Assembly (NCBI GenBank): GCA_027324025.1
Contig: DAHVYW010000012.1
Location: 4,178 to 68,177 of the forward strand
Source: Bacillota bacterium
GTDB lineage: Bacteria > Bacillota > Thermincolia > Thermincolales > UBA2595
DNA: 64,000 nucleotides
Direction: 5' to 3'
Positions 27,264 through 41,029 of this stretch are shown here, piece by piece (positions within the stretch are counted from its first letter, which is position 1; each line of letters begins with the position of its first letter). The notes beneath the pieces are model-generated. The model did no database searches. It saw only the letters and a list, made by a program, of their open reading frames with translations, and was not told the origin of the DNA. A program made the translations under genes and the position numbers.

Positions 27264-28112
27264 TTAATCTAGTGCGTTCGCACCACCAACGATTTCTGAA
27301 ATCTCTTTGGTTATCGCCGCCTGGCGTGCCCGGTTCAGGGCAAGGGTATATTTGTCTATCATCTCTGAAGCGTTATCCGTAGCCGAACCCATGGCAGTCA
27401 TCCGGGCCCCTTGCTCACTGGCTTTGGATTCCAGTAACGCCCTGTAAATTGTTGTGTCGATATACCTTGGTAACAACTCGGCCAACAATTCCTCGGGATT
27501 GGGCTCGTAAATGTAATCTATCTGGGTGACCTTTCCACTTTCTTTGGGCTGTTCAACTGGCAGCAGTTTCACAGTAGTAGGCTTCTGGGTCATGGCTGAT
27601 TTGAATTCTGTATATACGAGGTATATTTCATCAAATATCCCTTTAACATAATAATCAACCAAAGTTTGACCAATTTCCTTGGCAACCCCGAAGGAAATAT
27701 CCTCACCGAGACCCACAAACTCAGATTTAATATCAAATCCCCGACGGCGGAAAAAATCCCGACCTTTTCGGCCTATAGTAACCAGACTGCCTGGTTTACT
27801 ATGAAGCAATACTGCATTCATCCGAAGAACATTTGCATTGTATCCTCCACACAAACCGCGGTCGGCGGAAATTAGCACATAGCAGAGATTCTTGGGTTCC
27901 CGAACTTGCAACAATGGGTGACTTACCCCCGAATTGGCAGAGGTCAAACGAGCCAGAACCTCTTGAATTTTCCCCGCAAAGGGCCGGGCTGCTATTACCC
28001 GCTCCTGGGCCTTGCGTAATTTCGCCGCGGCAACCATCTTCATAGCTTTGGTAATCTGTTGAGTACTTTTAATACTTTTTATCCGGCGTCGTAAATCGCG
28101 CGCACTTGCCAT
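27264..28112 (-). CDS. atpG: F1 ATP synthase subunit gamma
   Basis: 282 aa; [25 protein letters not shown]. Confidence 0.95.
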   Translation of the reverse strand: MASARDLRRRIKSIKSTQQITKAMKMVAAAKLRKAQERVIAARPFAGKIQEVLARLTSANSGVSHPLLQVREPKNLCYVLISADRGLCGGYNANVLRMNAVLLHSKPGSLVTIGRKGRDFFRRRGFDIKSEFVGLGEDISFGVAKEIGQTLVDYYVKGIFDEIYLVYTEFKSAMTQKPTTVKLLPVEQPKESGKVTQIDYIYEPNPEELLAELLPRYIDTTIYRALLESKASEQGARMTAMGSATDNASEMIDKYTLALNRARQAAITKEISEIVGGANALD

Positions 28113-28165
28113 GTTGATTTCTCACCACCTTTACTCAGTGTCTGTCAATTCACAGACCTGTCAGT

Positions 28166-29671
<1,506 letters not shown>

Positions 29672-30238
29672 TTAGTCTCTCACCCCTATCTCCTTGACTT
29701 CAAATTGTAGAAGATTATCTTTGAGTCTCTCTAGCCTCCCGGCTAAACTTCCGTCAATAACCTTGTCCCCAATGCGCACTACAACCCCACCAATTAAGCT
29801 GGGGTCTAATTCAGACTGTAATCTGATGGTTTTTCCTGTTACAGCAGTCAGTCTTGCTTTAAGGGTGTCAAGATCAGAGTCATTGAGCTCAACGGCGGTC
29901 TTAACCCGGGCATCAGCCATATTCCGGGTTTCATTTGCATATGAAACAAACTCGTGGTAAATGCCGGGAATATATGTTGCCCTATACTTTTCAATAACAA
30001 TATCCAGGAAATTTAACGTGATTTCCGATACTTCCTGGGAAAATACACCATTAATAATAGCTTTCTTTTCTTCAGGCGAAATAAGCTGGTGATCCATGAC
30101 CCTTTTTAACTCTTCGTTTTCGTTAATGGTATCTACAACCACTTTAAGTTCTGCTTCAAGGTTATCTACCAAATCCTTTTCCCGGGCAAGAGTAAAAAAA
30201 GCTTGTGCATATCTGCGTGCTACGGCATTCTCTAGCAT
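29672..30238 (-). CDS. atpH: F1 ATP synthase subunit delta
   Basis: 188 aa; ARRYAQAFF N-terminus; operon position. Confidence 0.9.
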   Translation of the reverse strand: MLENAVARRYAQAFFTLAREKDLVDNLEAELKVVVDTINENEELKRVMDHQLISPEEKKAIINGVFSQEVSEITLNFLDIVIEKYRATYIPGIYHEFVSYANETRNMADARVKTAVELNDSDLDTLKARLTAVTGKTIRLQSELDPSLIGGVVVRIGDKVIDGSLAGRLERLKDNLLQFEVKEIGVRD

Positions 30239-30741
30239 TTGAGATCGCCTACCTCTGTAACAAACTCATCAACTAGCTTTTTATGGTCTTCCACCGAGAT
30301 AGTTTTACCAAGCACCTTCCCGGCAGCCATAATCGCTAATGTAGCAACCTCGTCACGCAGTGCAGCAATAGCCTGATCCTTCTCCCTGCCAATTTCTTCC
30401 TGGGCTCTTTGAATAGCTTTTGTTGCCTCGGCTTGAGCATTAGTTACAATGTCCTTCTTCACTTCTTCACCAAGCTTGGTAGCCTTGGCGATTATTTCTT
30501 GGGCCTCTTGTTTAGCTTCAGCCAGACGGGACTCATATTCTTTTCTCATCTTTTCGGCATCGTTCTTGGCACTTTCGGCATTGCTTATAGCATCTTCGAT
30601 GGACTTTTTACGTTCATCAAGCATAGTGAGTATCGGCTTGTAAGCAATTTTCTTTAATATGAAGAGTAGGAACAAGAAGTTCACTATCTGCCAGAGAAAC
30701 TTGGGAAATTCAAAACCCAGGCTCTTCAATATATCTCCCAT
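30232..30741 (-). CDS. atpF: Fo ATP synthase subunit b
   Basis: One TM helix plus a long charged helix; operon position. Confidence 0.9.
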   Translation of the reverse strand: MGDILKSLGFEFPKFLWQIVNFLFLLFILKKIAYKPILTMLDERKKSIEDAISNAESAKNDAEKMRKEYESRLAEAKQEAQEIIAKATKLGEEVKKDIVTNAQAEATKAIQRAQEEIGREKDQAIAALRDEVATLAIMAAGKVLGKTISVEDHKKLVDEFVTEVGDLKC

Positions 30742-30865
30742 GTATTCAAAAACCCCCTCTCTGCAATTGTTTAAAAAGCTTGTTTTAGGCGAAAAGAGAC
30801 CAAGGTTCAGCCTTCCCTGATCTCTATCGCCTTAGTTGATATAAGAAACTAAAACCAATAATTTC

Positions 30866-31884
<1,019 letters not shown>

Positions 31885-31916
31885 TTAAACTTTTATAAAG
31901 GTAACTAATTAAAAAG

Positions 31917-32450
31917 TTATAATTTCAGATTCCCTTCGGAATCTTCAAACCTGGAGTCATTTTTAAATGTGTCATCAAAATCCAAACCGGGAAAACGCAA
32001 GCCCGCTTCCTGGTCCTCTTTGGGAACAACAACATTCGTAATTGGCCGCGAAACCTCGGTTTGCTTGTTCCACCACTCGTCATCAGTATGCTTTACTATA
32101 AAGACCCCCATTATCATCTTCGGTAACAGGATGCCTGCAAAAGTTCCTACCCCAACAAGGAAGTGGGTTCTCGGTATAACCAGATAAAGAACTATCACTA
32201 TTAGCCAAAACCTTACATGGTAACTGACAAAACTGATTACTCTGGCTAAACCGGGAGAGGCTGCCCGCATGGCAACATCAAGAATTACAGCTACTACCTT
32301 ATAGTTAACAATAGATAATACCACCCCAAAACCCAAACCGTAGGCGAACTGCTCTTTTCCGAAATAATATGTAAGACCACCTATCAGTAGTGTTGCAATC
32401 AAGGTCCACTTAGCTATCCCTCGCTGCACTTGGGGCGTATCCACTGCCAT
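31917..32450 (-). CDS. atpI: ATP synthase protein I (AtpI) with ~55-aa soluble C-terminal extension
   Basis: Four TM helices; located immediately upstream of atpB. Confidence 0.65.
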   Translation of the reverse strand: MAVDTPQVQRGIAKWTLIATLLIGGLTYYFGKEQFAYGLGFGVVLSIVNYKVVAVILDVAMRAASPGLARVISFVSYHVRFWLIVIVLYLVIPRTHFLVGVGTFAGILLPKMIMGVFIVKHTDDEWWNKQTEVSRPITNVVVPKEDQEAGLRFPGLDFDDTFKNDSRFEDSEGNLKL

Positions 32451-32453
32451 GCA

Positions 32454-32675
32454 CTAGTCCCCTCCCTTTTTGGGAAAGGCCAGGTCGTACAGAGACTTAA
32501 GACCGGCCGCCGTCCCCAGGAGAAACATAATCAAAGTCAACCAGGGACTAGTCCCAAGGTGCTTGTCTAACCAACTCCCGGCAAGATAACCAAATAGCAC
32601 GGAAGCCGCCATAGTCACCCCAGCGGACATAATAAGACCCACACCTCTATATCCCTGGTCTTTATCGCCTTTCAT
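32454..32675 (-). CDS. atpZ: AtpZ/AtpR-type small membrane protein
   Basis: 73 aa with two TM helices; first gene of the atp operon, as in Bacillus atpZ. Confidence 0.6.
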   Translation of the reverse strand: MKGDKDQGYRGVGLIMSAGVTMAASVLFGYLAGSWLDKHLGTSPWLTLIMFLLGTAAGLKSLYDLAFPKKGGD

Positions 32676-32962
32676 ATTTTCACCCTCTTTATGGGGCTTC
32701 TGGAAAGAACATCATCAGAAACCAGTGCGAGTAACAGTCTTGTACAGTATATTGAGCCACAGGAGAAAATATTTCTTAATTCTCAAAATTTTTCGAACTC
32801 GTTGCCCTTATAAAAAGACATAAAGATATCCCCCCCCATCAATGCGGAAGGTCTATATTTTATGCCTGATGTCAGAGCAAAATTTACAACGTACTCTATA
32901 TTCTCTGTTTTTTTACAATTTCCTTTTTTTTGAGGATAATTTTTAAATTTTTTTTCACAAAT

Positions 32963-34123
32963 TTACTGTGTTATGAACTCTCGGGGTTTGCTGCCCCCCA
33001 GGTTACAGAAATACTTAAGCCCCGCGGCTATTCTGGCGCACGCTTTGCCATCCCCATAAGGGTTGACCGCATTTGCCATTTTATCATATTGGGTCCTGTC
33101 TTCCAAAAGGGTTTGGCAGGCATTGAAAATCGCATCCCTATTTGTACCAACCATCTGCACGGTGCCAGCATCTATTGCCTCCGGCCTTTCGGTTGTGTCT
33201 CTTAGCACTAACACCGGTTTTCCTAAAGACGGTGCTTCTTCCTGAAGCCCTCCTGAATCGGTTAAGACTAAATAAGCCTTGTTCATTAGGTTGACCATCG
33301 GCGCGTATTCCAGCGGGTCGATAAGGTGTACCCTCGGCAGCCCTCCCAGAACCGACTCAACGATTTGTCTGATCTTTGGATTTTTATGGACCGGAAAAAC
33401 CACCTCCACATCACTGTGTTTTTCCACTACAGCCCGCAACGCCCCATATACGTTGCGCATCGGTTCGCCCAGGTTTTCCCGGCGGTGAGTGGTAACTACT
33501 AGAACTCTGCTTTTAGTGTAATCAATTGCGTCCAGGACAGGATTGTTGAAGGCATATGAATCCTTCACAGTTGCCAGTAAAGCATCAATAACCGTATTCC
33601 CGGTAACTAGTATGGATTCCGGGTTTACCCCTTCTTTTAATAGGTTAGATTTTGCGGTTACCGTTGGTGCAAAGTGAATATCGGCAATGGCACCCGTTAG
33701 TCTCCTGTTCATTTCTTCGGGAAACGGTGAATATTTGTTCCCGGTACGCAGGCCGGCCTCAACATGGCCGACCTTGATTTGGCGGTAAAATGCCGCTAAA
33801 CCGGCTACAAAAGTAGTAGTAGTATCCCCATGTACCAAAACAATATCCGGTGCTGCCTCGTCAAGGATTTCGCCTAGTCCGGTCAAAGCCCTGGTCGTAA
33901 TTTCATATAATGTTTGATTAGGCAGCATTATATTTAAATCATATGCCGGTGTTATCCGAAATAATTCCAAAACCTGGTCCAGCATTTCCCGGTGTTGAGC
34001 CGTTACAGCAACACTGCACCTGATTTGGTCAGGATGTCTTTCCAGTTCTTTGACAAGGGGGGCCATTTTTATTGCCTCCGGGCGAGTTCCGAAAATAGCC
34101 AGGACATTAAGAATACTCATCAT
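32963..34123 (-). CDS. wecB: UDP-N-acetylglucosamine 2-epimerase (non-hydrolysing)
   Basis: LAIFGTRPEAIKMAP...VHGDTTT...TDSGGLQEEAPSLGKPVLVLR. Confidence 0.93.
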   Translation of the reverse strand: MMSILNVLAIFGTRPEAIKMAPLVKELERHPDQIRCSVAVTAQHREMLDQVLELFRITPAYDLNIMLPNQTLYEITTRALTGLGEILDEAAPDIVLVHGDTTTTFVAGLAAFYRQIKVGHVEAGLRTGNKYSPFPEEMNRRLTGAIADIHFAPTVTAKSNLLKEGVNPESILVTGNTVIDALLATVKDSYAFNNPVLDAIDYTKSRVLVVTTHRRENLGEPMRNVYGALRAVVEKHSDVEVVFPVHKNPKIRQIVESVLGGLPRVHLIDPLEYAPMVNLMNKAYLVLTDSGGLQEEAPSLGKPVLVLRDTTERPEAIDAGTVQMVGTNRDAIFNACQTLLEDRTQYDKMANAVNPYGDGKACARIAAGLKYFCNLGGSKPREFITQ

Positions 34124-34138
34124 TCACCTCGTAATCCA

Positions 34139-35386
34139 TTAACTATACAATGGGAATTGGTTGCACAATTCATGAACCATATTTTTCGCTTTTGCCAGGT
34201 AAACATCGTTATCTCTATGGGCAATCGAGGTGTCGATAATCTCGGCCACCAGTTCCATCGCTTCTTCTTTCATGCCCCTGCTGGTAGCTGCAGGAGTCCC
34301 AATTCTGATGCCGCTTGTAATCTGGGGGCTTTGGGGGTCAAAGGGGATTGAGTTTTTATTCACCGTAACACCCACTCTATCTAGAATCTTTTCGGCTTCT
34401 TTCCCTGTAATATCCTTGTTTCGCAAGTCAACAAGCATTAGGTGGTTGTCCGTTCCACCGGAAACGAGATTAAAATTCCTCTTTGTTAACGCGCTGGCCA
34501 GAGCCTTGGCATTTTTCACAACCTGTTCCTGGTAATCCTTAAATTCTGGGGTCAGCGCTTCCTTGAGCGCCACGGCCTTTGCTGCAATGACATGCATTAA
34601 GGGGCCTCCCTGGATGCCGGGGAAAACTGACTTATCTATTGCTGCCGCATATTTCTGTTTACAGAGAATCATGCCTCCCCTGGGCCCGCGAAGGGTCTTA
34701 TGGGTAGTTGTTGTAACAAAATCAGCGTGAGGGACAGGTGTGGGATGGAGACCTACGGCAACTAGACCGGCAATGTGGGCCATATCCACCATCAGCATGG
34801 CTCCAACCTCTTCCGCTATCTCCTTAAGCTGAACAAAGTCAATTATTCTAGGATAGGCGCTGGCCCCGGCGACAATCATTTTAGGTTTATGCTGAAAAGC
34901 CAGGGCAAAAACCTTCTCGTAATTAATCCTGCCTGTATCTTCTTCAACTCCGTAAGCAGCAAAGTTGTAGTACTTCCCGGACATATTGACAGGGCTGCCG
35001 TGGGTCAGATGCCCTCCGTGGCTGAGATTCATACCCAGTACTTTATCACCGGGCTTCAACATTGCGAAATATACGGACATGTTGGCCTGAGCCCCCGAAT
35101 GGGGCTGAACATTGGCGTGTTCGGCATCAAAGAGCTTTTTTGCCCTTTCTATAGCCAGGGTTTCCACAATATCAACATATTCACATCCGCCGTAATAGCG
35201 TTTGCCGGGGTACCCTTCGGCATATTTGTTGGTCAGCACGGCTCCCTGAGCAGCCATTACTGCCACACTCACAAAGTTTTCTGAGGCAATAAGTTCAATA
35301 TTGTGTTGCTGTCTATGTTTTTCTTTCGCGATTGCTTCGGCAACTTCCGGGTCAATTTGTTTTACAAAATAAAGTTCATCATCCAC
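34139..35386 (-). CDS. glyA: Serine hydroxymethyltransferase
   Basis: PLP-lysine block [15 protein letters not shown]. Confidence 0.97.
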   Translation of the reverse strand: MDDELYFVKQIDPEVAEAIAKEKHRQQHNIELIASENFVSVAVMAAQGAVLTNKYAEGYPGKRYYGGCEYVDIVETLAIERAKKLFDAEHANVQPHSGAQANMSVYFAMLKPGDKVLGMNLSHGGHLTHGSPVNMSGKYYNFAAYGVEEDTGRINYEKVFALAFQHKPKMIVAGASAYPRIIDFVQLKEIAEEVGAMLMVDMAHIAGLVAVGLHPTPVPHADFVTTTTHKTLRGPRGGMILCKQKYAAAIDKSVFPGIQGGPLMHVIAAKAVALKEALTPEFKDYQEQVVKNAKALASALTKRNFNLVSGGTDNHLMLVDLRNKDITGKEAEKILDRVGVTVNKNSIPFDPQSPQITSGIRIGTPAATSRGMKEEAMELVAEIIDTSIAHRDNDVYLAKAKNMVHELCNQFPLYS

Positions 35387-35441
35387 TCTGTGTTCCTCCC
35401 CTAATTATCTACAGCCTTCACCGAGATAAAGCTCAAAGGCC

Positions 35442-35903
35442 TTAAGGATCGTTATTCGAAGTTTCAATATCGGATATCTTCTGTACCCTGCGGGCATGAC
35501 GTCCACCTGCAAAGTCGGTTTCCAACCAAATATTCACAATATCCCTGGCCAAACCGGGGCCTATGACCCGCTCGCCCATGGTAAGGATATTTGCATTATT
35601 ATGCTCTCGGGAAGCCCTGGCCGAAAAAGTATCATGACACAGAGCAGCCCGGATCCCCGGAAGCTTGTTAGCCACAATCCCTATGCCTATGCCTGTCCCG
35701 CAAATCAATATCCCTCTGTCAAAATGGCCGTCCCGGACAGCCCGGGCTACCTCCAGAGCAATGTCAGGGTAGTCAACGGATTCTTCGGAAAACGTGCCAA
35801 AATCTTTAAAATCGTACCCTTTTTCCTGAAGCAGCTTTCTAATTTCTTCTTTCAGTTTGAATCCTCCGTGGTCACAACCTACTGCCAGCTTTAAACTGCC
35901 CAC
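35442..35903 (-). CDS. rpiB: Ribose-5-phosphate isomerase B
   Basis: LAVGCDHGGFKLK...ILICGTGIGIGIVANK. Confidence 0.93.
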   Translation of the reverse strand: MGSLKLAVGCDHGGFKLKEEIRKLLQEKGYDFKDFGTFSEESVDYPDIALEVARAVRDGHFDRGILICGTGIGIGIVANKLPGIRAALCHDTFSARASREHNNANILTMGERVIGPGLARDIVNIWLETDFAGGRHARRVQKISDIETSNNDP

Positions 35904-36021
35904 TTGCTCTTCCTCCTGCCAGCGATATTCGTATTTCTACATAACTTTACATCTTCTACATGAAGCGTTGTTTCCCTTTTGGAAATATCTGCCTATAGAA
36001 TAAGAATCTACCTTGTATTAT

Positions 36022-36504
36022 TTACGGGGCCTGTTTTAATATCTTATGAAAAGCTATGTCAACAAGTTCCTCAATTTCCCGGGCACATTGTTTGTAGATG
36101 TCAACCGGCAGACCAAAAGGGTCAGAAATGTCCAAACCCGATTTGCCGGCAAATTCGGCAAGGGTAAATACCTTTGAGGCTTCACCCGGGTACAACGCAA
36201 CCAGGGTCCGCTTGTGATTTCCGGTCATGGTTAGGATTAAATCGGATTCCCTAGCTGTCTCATGGCAAAACTGTCTGGCCCTATGGCCTGTCAAGTCTAT
36301 ACCGGCCGCCCCCATTACTTCCACGGCCCGGGGCGAGGCAGGGCTGCCCGGACCGGCTGCCGCGAGGCCTGCCGATGCCAGTTCAATGTTCCCGACACCG
36401 TCAGGGTGGGCCTTCAGCCATTTTCTGGCCAGCGCTTCGGCCATACTGCTGCGGCATGTATTTCCGGTGCAAACAAAAACAACTTTCAAGAATACCACCC
36501 CCAC
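36022..36504 (-). CDS. ywlE: Low-molecular-weight protein phosphatase (YwlE-type arginine/tyrosine phosphatase)
   Basis: CX5R(S) P-loop VFVCTGNTCRSSMAE, DP motif ISDPFG, and synteny with rpiB/sua5. Confidence 0.85.
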   Translation of the reverse strand: MGVVFLKVVFVCTGNTCRSSMAEALARKWLKAHPDGVGNIELASAGLAAAGPGSPASPRAVEVMGAAGIDLTGHRARQFCHETARESDLILTMTGNHKRTLVALYPGEASKVFTLAEFAGKSGLDISDPFGLPVDIYKQCAREIEELVDIAFHKILKQAP

Positions 36505-36537
36505 TGTTGACTGCCCATTGTTATTATGTACATGGGG

Positions 36538-37608
36538 CTATATGTATATTACCTTGTTGCCGGCGGCCTTTTTTAGCCGGTTCATTATCGCTATTCCAAT
36601 TCCGCTCTCGGGATAGCCTTCGGCAATGATGACGTCAACATCCTCTTCGTCCAAATACCGCAGTCCATAAAAGAGATTTTGTGCCACCGTTTCAAGTCTG
36701 GCGCGGCTGCCCACGGTAAAAACCTCGTCACTGCAGTAACCCCTGGCTGTTTCGGTGGAAGCCAGCACCCCTGCCTTTTGGTTCTTGGCGCGATAATCTG
36801 CAATAAGTTCGGCAACCTTTTCAAATATAACAGTATAGTCTTCTCCGGTTACAACAACTACATCGGCCCTAGGGGAGTAATGGGTATATTTCATCCCGGG
36901 CGACCTGGGTGTCCCAAGGGACCCCTTATCCCCAGCTGAGTTTTCCATTTCCACACGTCCGAGAATGCCTTCAATATCGTCCCTGGTGACACCACCGGGC
37001 CTAAGAATAACCGGTGGCTCCGAAGTAAGGTCAAGTACCGTTGATTCCAAGCCTACCCGGCAGGCACCACCGTCCACAACCATGTCGATTTTCCCCGTCA
37101 GGTCCTGTAATACATGCTGAGCCGTTGTAGGGCTAGGCTTACCCGAGGTATTAGCGGAGGGGGCGGCCAGGGGCACCCCGGCAGCTTTGATCAGTTCAAG
37201 GGCCACCGGATGATCCGGCATCCGGACAGCCACCGTGCTCAAACCGGCCGTCACCCCATCGGGGATTCCCGGTTTTTTGGACAGGACTACCGTTAACGGC
37301 CCAGGCCAAAAAGCCTCCATCACCCTTTGGGCCGGTACTGTAACGTCATCGGATAAATCGTAGACCTGGCTGACATCGGAAATGTGAACAATTAACGGGT
37401 TGTCGGCCGGTCGGCCTTTGGCTTTAAAGATGGCGGCTACCGCTTCGGAATTCGTGACATTAGCCCCTAACCCATAAACGGTTTCCGTCGGGAAGGCAAC
37501 CAGGCCACCATTCCGCAGTATCGTGCCGGCCTCACTGATAGCACCTTTTGACGGATCAGCCGGGTCTATTTTAATATATTTTGTTTCCTTGCCTTTCAAA
37601 AATAACAC
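36538..37608 (-). CDS. tsaC: L-threonylcarbamoyladenylate synthase (Sua5/YwlC, TsaC domain + Sua5 C-domain)
   Basis: GGLVAFPTETVYGLGAN...SANTSGKPSPT. Confidence 0.92.
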   Translation of the reverse strand: MLFLKGKETKYIKIDPADPSKGAISEAGTILRNGGLVAFPTETVYGLGANVTNSEAVAAIFKAKGRPADNPLIVHISDVSQVYDLSDDVTVPAQRVMEAFWPGPLTVVLSKKPGIPDGVTAGLSTVAVRMPDHPVALELIKAAGVPLAAPSANTSGKPSPTTAQHVLQDLTGKIDMVVDGGACRVGLESTVLDLTSEPPVILRPGGVTRDDIEGILGRVEMENSAGDKGSLGTPRSPGMKYTHYSPRADVVVVTGEDYTVIFEKVAELIADYRAKNQKAGVLASTETARGYCSDEVFTVGSRARLETVAQNLFYGLRYLDEEDVDVIIAEGYPESGIGIAIMNRLKKAAGNKVIYI

Positions 37609-37673
37609 CTCTTACAAAACTCCGGCTTTTTGTTTGCAACCTCCAAGTAGATTTGCGTGCTCAGTTCTCCCTT

Positions 37674-37787
37674 ATCCCAATTCCAAGACTCCACCTTCTA
37701 GAAGGTGGAGTTTCCACTTTTCTGCTTCAGTGGAGGTAGAGTCCCCCACTGAAGTTTCGATGTTCAGCTTTAGCTGAACGAGTTCAC
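37674..37787 (-). repeat. 114-bp triple-hairpin repeat, copy 3 (reverse)
   Basis: Three substitutions versus copy 1: two in the loop of hairpin 3 and one in the stem of hairpin 2. Confidence 0.95.
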
Positions 37788-37796
37788 TGGCACTTT

Positions 37797-38651
37797 TCAA
37801 GGTTTGTAAGCTTTGACCAGGCGTTCCAGCCCAGCTAAGTCCCGTATCACTTGTATATTTTGATAGCCCACCCCGGTAAGGAAGGCCAGGAGCTGAACTG
37901 CCTGCCCATAACCAATTTCCAGCAATATAGCCCCGCCTGTTTTGAGTAATTCAAAGGCCCGGGGGCACAGTTCCCGGTATTTCTCCAATCCTCCGGGTCC
38001 GCCGTCCAGCGCTTTTGCCGGCTCGTACCCGCGGACATCTACCGGTAGGTTGTCCATTTCGGAAGATGGAATATACGGAAGGTTAGCGGCGACAAGATCA
38101 AAGCACCCGTAGTGTTCGGATTTAACCAGGGGGTCCACTAAATTTCCCTTAAGAAAAGTAACCCTGCCTGCCACGCCGTGGAGTACTGCGTTATGCCGGG
38201 CAACTGCCAGGGCTTCCGCTGAAATATCAATGGCGGTAACCCGGCTGCCGGGCAGGTAGTAAGCCATGGATACTGCTATCGCCCCGCTCCCAGTACCTAC
38301 GTCAATAATACGTAGAGGCTTTATCGCTAAAGCCTCTTCAACAAGCAGCTCTGTTTCCGGCCGGGGAACCAGGACATCCCTGTTAACCCGAAACGGCAAA
38401 GACATAAATTCCTTAACTCCGGTGATATAGGCCACTGGTTCACGGGCAGCGCGCCTTTCGACCAGGGAGAAGTACTTCGTCAGCCTTTCGGGTGAAACCG
38501 CGTCCTCACTTTTAATGTAAAGGTCCGGGCGGGACAAATTTAACACAGCGGCCATTATCACCTCAGCATCAAGGCGGGGTGTTTCTAACCCGTTCATCCG
38601 CAAAGTTTCCGTAGCCATAGCCAAAGTTTCCCTGATAGTAGGAGAAGGCAT
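37797..38651 (-). CDS. prmC: Release-factor glutamine N5-methyltransferase
   Basis: SAM motif IIDVGTGSGAIA; catalytic NLPY (NPPY variant) in VAANLPYIP. Confidence 0.9.
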   Translation of the reverse strand: MPSPTIRETLAMATETLRMNGLETPRLDAEVIMAAVLNLSRPDLYIKSEDAVSPERLTKYFSLVERRAAREPVAYITGVKEFMSLPFRVNRDVLVPRPETELLVEEALAIKPLRIIDVGTGSGAIAVSMAYYLPGSRVTAIDISAEALAVARHNAVLHGVAGRVTFLKGNLVDPLVKSEHYGCFDLVAANLPYIPSSEMDNLPVDVRGYEPAKALDGGPGGLEKYRELCPRAFELLKTGGAILLEIGYGQAVQLLAFLTGVGYQNIQVIRDLAGLERLVKAYKP

Positions 38652-39718
38652 TATTCCACCTGCTTTAATTTCTCCGCCTGGTCGGTTGTAATTAATGCTT
38701 CAATTATTTCTTCCAGGTCACCCTCAAGAATTTGTGTCAACCTGTGCAGGGTGAGGCCTATCCGGTGGTCGGAAATCCGGCCCTGAGGGAAATTGTATGT
38801 TCTTATCCGTTCACTGCGGTCCCCTGTACCGACCTGGCTCTTCCTGGCGTTAGCCACCTGAGCGTTGTGTTCGTCCTGGGCCTTGTCAAGCAGCCTGGCC
38901 CGGAGCACCTTCATAGCTTTATCCTTGTTTTTATGCTGAGACTTTTCGTCTTGGCAGGAAACAACAAAGCCAGTGGGAATATGGGTAATTCTGACCGCCG
39001 ATTGAGTCGTGTTGACCGACTGGCCGCCGGGGCCGCTGGAACAAAACACATCTATTCTCAAATCATTGGGGTCAATATCAATATCAACTTCTTCCGCTTC
39101 AGGCAGCACGGCTACAGTAACCGTTGAAGTATGAATGCGGCCCGAGGACTCCGTGGACGGTACCCTCTGCACCCGGTGGACACCGCTTTCAAATTTTAAT
39201 CTACTGTATGCCCCCTGGCCCTCAATAAGGAAAATAATCTCCTTGATGCCGCCGATATCAGTAGCATTGGTGCTCAGGACCTCTGTCCGCCAGCCTTTCG
39301 TTTCAGCATAACGGCTGTACATGCGAAACAGATCCCCGGCAAACAGCGCTGCTTCCTCACCGCCGGCGCCACCCCGAATTTCCATAATAACGTTTTTGTC
39401 GTCATTGGGGTCCTTTGGCAGCAACAGCACTTTGAGCTTCTGCTCAAGTTCTTCTTGTGTACCTTTAAGTTCTTCCAATTCAAGCTGAACCATTTCCCGG
39501 AACTCGTCTTCAAGTTTGTCTTCCAGCATTTCCCGGGCATCTTTTATACTCTGAACCGTCTTCTTGTATTCCCTGAAGGCAGCAACTACATCAGTTAAGG
39601 CAGCGTTTGCCTTAGCATGTTTCTGCCATTCAACCTGATTGCCCATAACTTCAGGGTCACTCAAGAGCCTGCCTAATTCTTCATATTTGTCTTCCAGAGC
39701 CTGTAATTTGTCAATCAT
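38651..39718 (-). CDS. prfA: Peptide chain release factor 1
   Basis: GGQ motif [12 protein letters not shown] and the RF1 tripeptide-anticodon motif PST ([10 protein letters not shown]). Confidence 0.97.
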   Translation of the reverse strand: MIDKLQALEDKYEELGRLLSDPEVMGNQVEWQKHAKANAALTDVVAAFREYKKTVQSIKDAREMLEDKLEDEFREMVQLELEELKGTQEELEQKLKVLLLPKDPNDDKNVIMEIRGGAGGEEAALFAGDLFRMYSRYAETKGWRTEVLSTNATDIGGIKEIIFLIEGQGAYSRLKFESGVHRVQRVPSTESSGRIHTSTVTVAVLPEAEEVDIDIDPNDLRIDVFCSSGPGGQSVNTTQSAVRITHIPTGFVVSCQDEKSQHKNKDKAMKVLRARLLDKAQDEHNAQVANARKSQVGTGDRSERIRTYNFPQGRISDHRIGLTLHRLTQILEGDLEEIIEALITTDQAEKLKQVE

Positions 39719-40707
39719 CTTTCACACTCCTGGAGTTTGTGATCAGTTAAATCCTGTGCCGCTGAAGGAGAAACCTCTGTATTGCCAGCCGGAAGAACTG
39801 CTTGCAAGGCCTGGATGGCTACCTCTAACTGGCTGTCGTCAGCCTCCCGGGTTGTCAGTCTTTGTAACCACATGCCGGGGGCAATTATAACCTTCATCAA
39901 CGGTGAATTGCAATACTTGCTTGATAACTTCAGCACTTCGTATGAAACTCCGGCAATGACCGGCAGTAACACGATACGTGATACTATCCTGACCAACAGG
40001 CTGGGTTTGCCCAAAAACCCGAAGATAAGGATCATTATAACCATTACAATAAGTAGAAAACTGGTGCCGCAGCGCGGGTGCAGCTGTGAATACTTGCGGG
40101 CGTTTTCAACTGTTAGTTCTTCCCCCGCTTCGTAAGTGTTTATAACCTTATGTTCGGCACCGTGATACTGGAACACCCGCTGAATATCTTTCATCCGGGA
40201 TATAGCCAGTACGTAAAGGAGAAAAATCGCAATCCGGAATATACCCTCAAAAATATTGATTAAAACAATACTCTTAAATCCATACAAAAACCTGGCCAGG
40301 GTTGTGGGAGCAACCACAAAAAGAAGTATTCCCAAGCCCAAAGCTATGGCTATAGTCACACCCATTTCCCAGGTACTCAATTCCTCCTCCTCCGAGGCCG
40401 CGGCCTGGTTAGCTGAAAAAGCCAGGGCCTGAATGCCAATAATCAGAGATTCAAAAAGCATGACAGTTCCTCTGAGGAAAGGCCACTTCAGGAAAGGCAG
40501 CTTTTTAGTAATAGAATTTACGGGACGCTCATCGATTATTATTTCGTTGTCTGGTTTTCTCACGGCAATAGCCACATCGCGGCGGCCGCGCATCATGACC
40601 CCTTCTATAACCGCCTGGCCGCCGTATTGAAATTTGTCCCCCAAAATAAAACAACTCCTCACCTTACATAGGCTTTGCGTGACGCTGAAAAAACCTGTCC
40701 CGGTCAT
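39715..40707 (-). CDS. DUF1385-family membrane protein (YqhQ-like)
   Basis: [14 protein letters not shown]...[10 protein letters not shown]...HPRCGTSF. The start codon is uncertain. Confidence 0.8.
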   Translation of the reverse strand: MTGTGFFSVTQSLCKVRSCFILGDKFQYGGQAVIEGVMMRGRRDVAIAVRKPDNEIIIDERPVNSITKKLPFLKWPFLRGTVMLFESLIIGIQALAFSANQAAASEEEELSTWEMGVTIAIALGLGILLFVVAPTTLARFLYGFKSIVLINIFEGIFRIAIFLLYVLAISRMKDIQRVFQYHGAEHKVINTYEAGEELTVENARKYSQLHPRCGTSFLLIVMVIMILIFGFLGKPSLLVRIVSRIVLLPVIAGVSYEVLKLSSKYCNSPLMKVIIAPGMWLQRLTTREADDSQLEVAIQALQAVLPAGNTEVSPSAAQDLTDHKLQECER

Positions 40708-40740
40708 ATTAAAAAGAGCAGAGCCGGTGCTCTGCTATAA

Positions 40741-40938
40741 TTACATTCCGTACTTTTTCTTAAATTTATCCACACGGCCACTGGTATCAACAAATTTTTG
40801 TTTACCTGTAAAGAAGGGATGGCATTTAGAGCAAATCTCCACCCGCAGTTCTTTTTTCGTTGAACCCGATTCAAAAGTTTCTCCGCAAGCACAGGTTACT
40901 TTTGCTTCCCCGTACTTCGGATGAATATCCTTTTTCAA
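40741..40938 (-). CDS. rpmE: 50S ribosomal protein L31 (type A, Zn-binding)
   Basis: MKKDIHPKY...CACG...[13 protein letters not shown]. Confidence 0.97.
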   Translation of the reverse strand: MKKDIHPKYGEAKVTCACGETFESGSTKKELRVEICSKCHPFFTGKQKFVDTSGRVDKFKKKYGM

Positions 40939-41029
40939 GGCCCTTCACCTCTTTTCTGGCATAATCCCCAAAGTCAACTTCAATTATTATAACATACCAG
41001 CAAAGGGTATGCAACTACTTTTAGAACCT

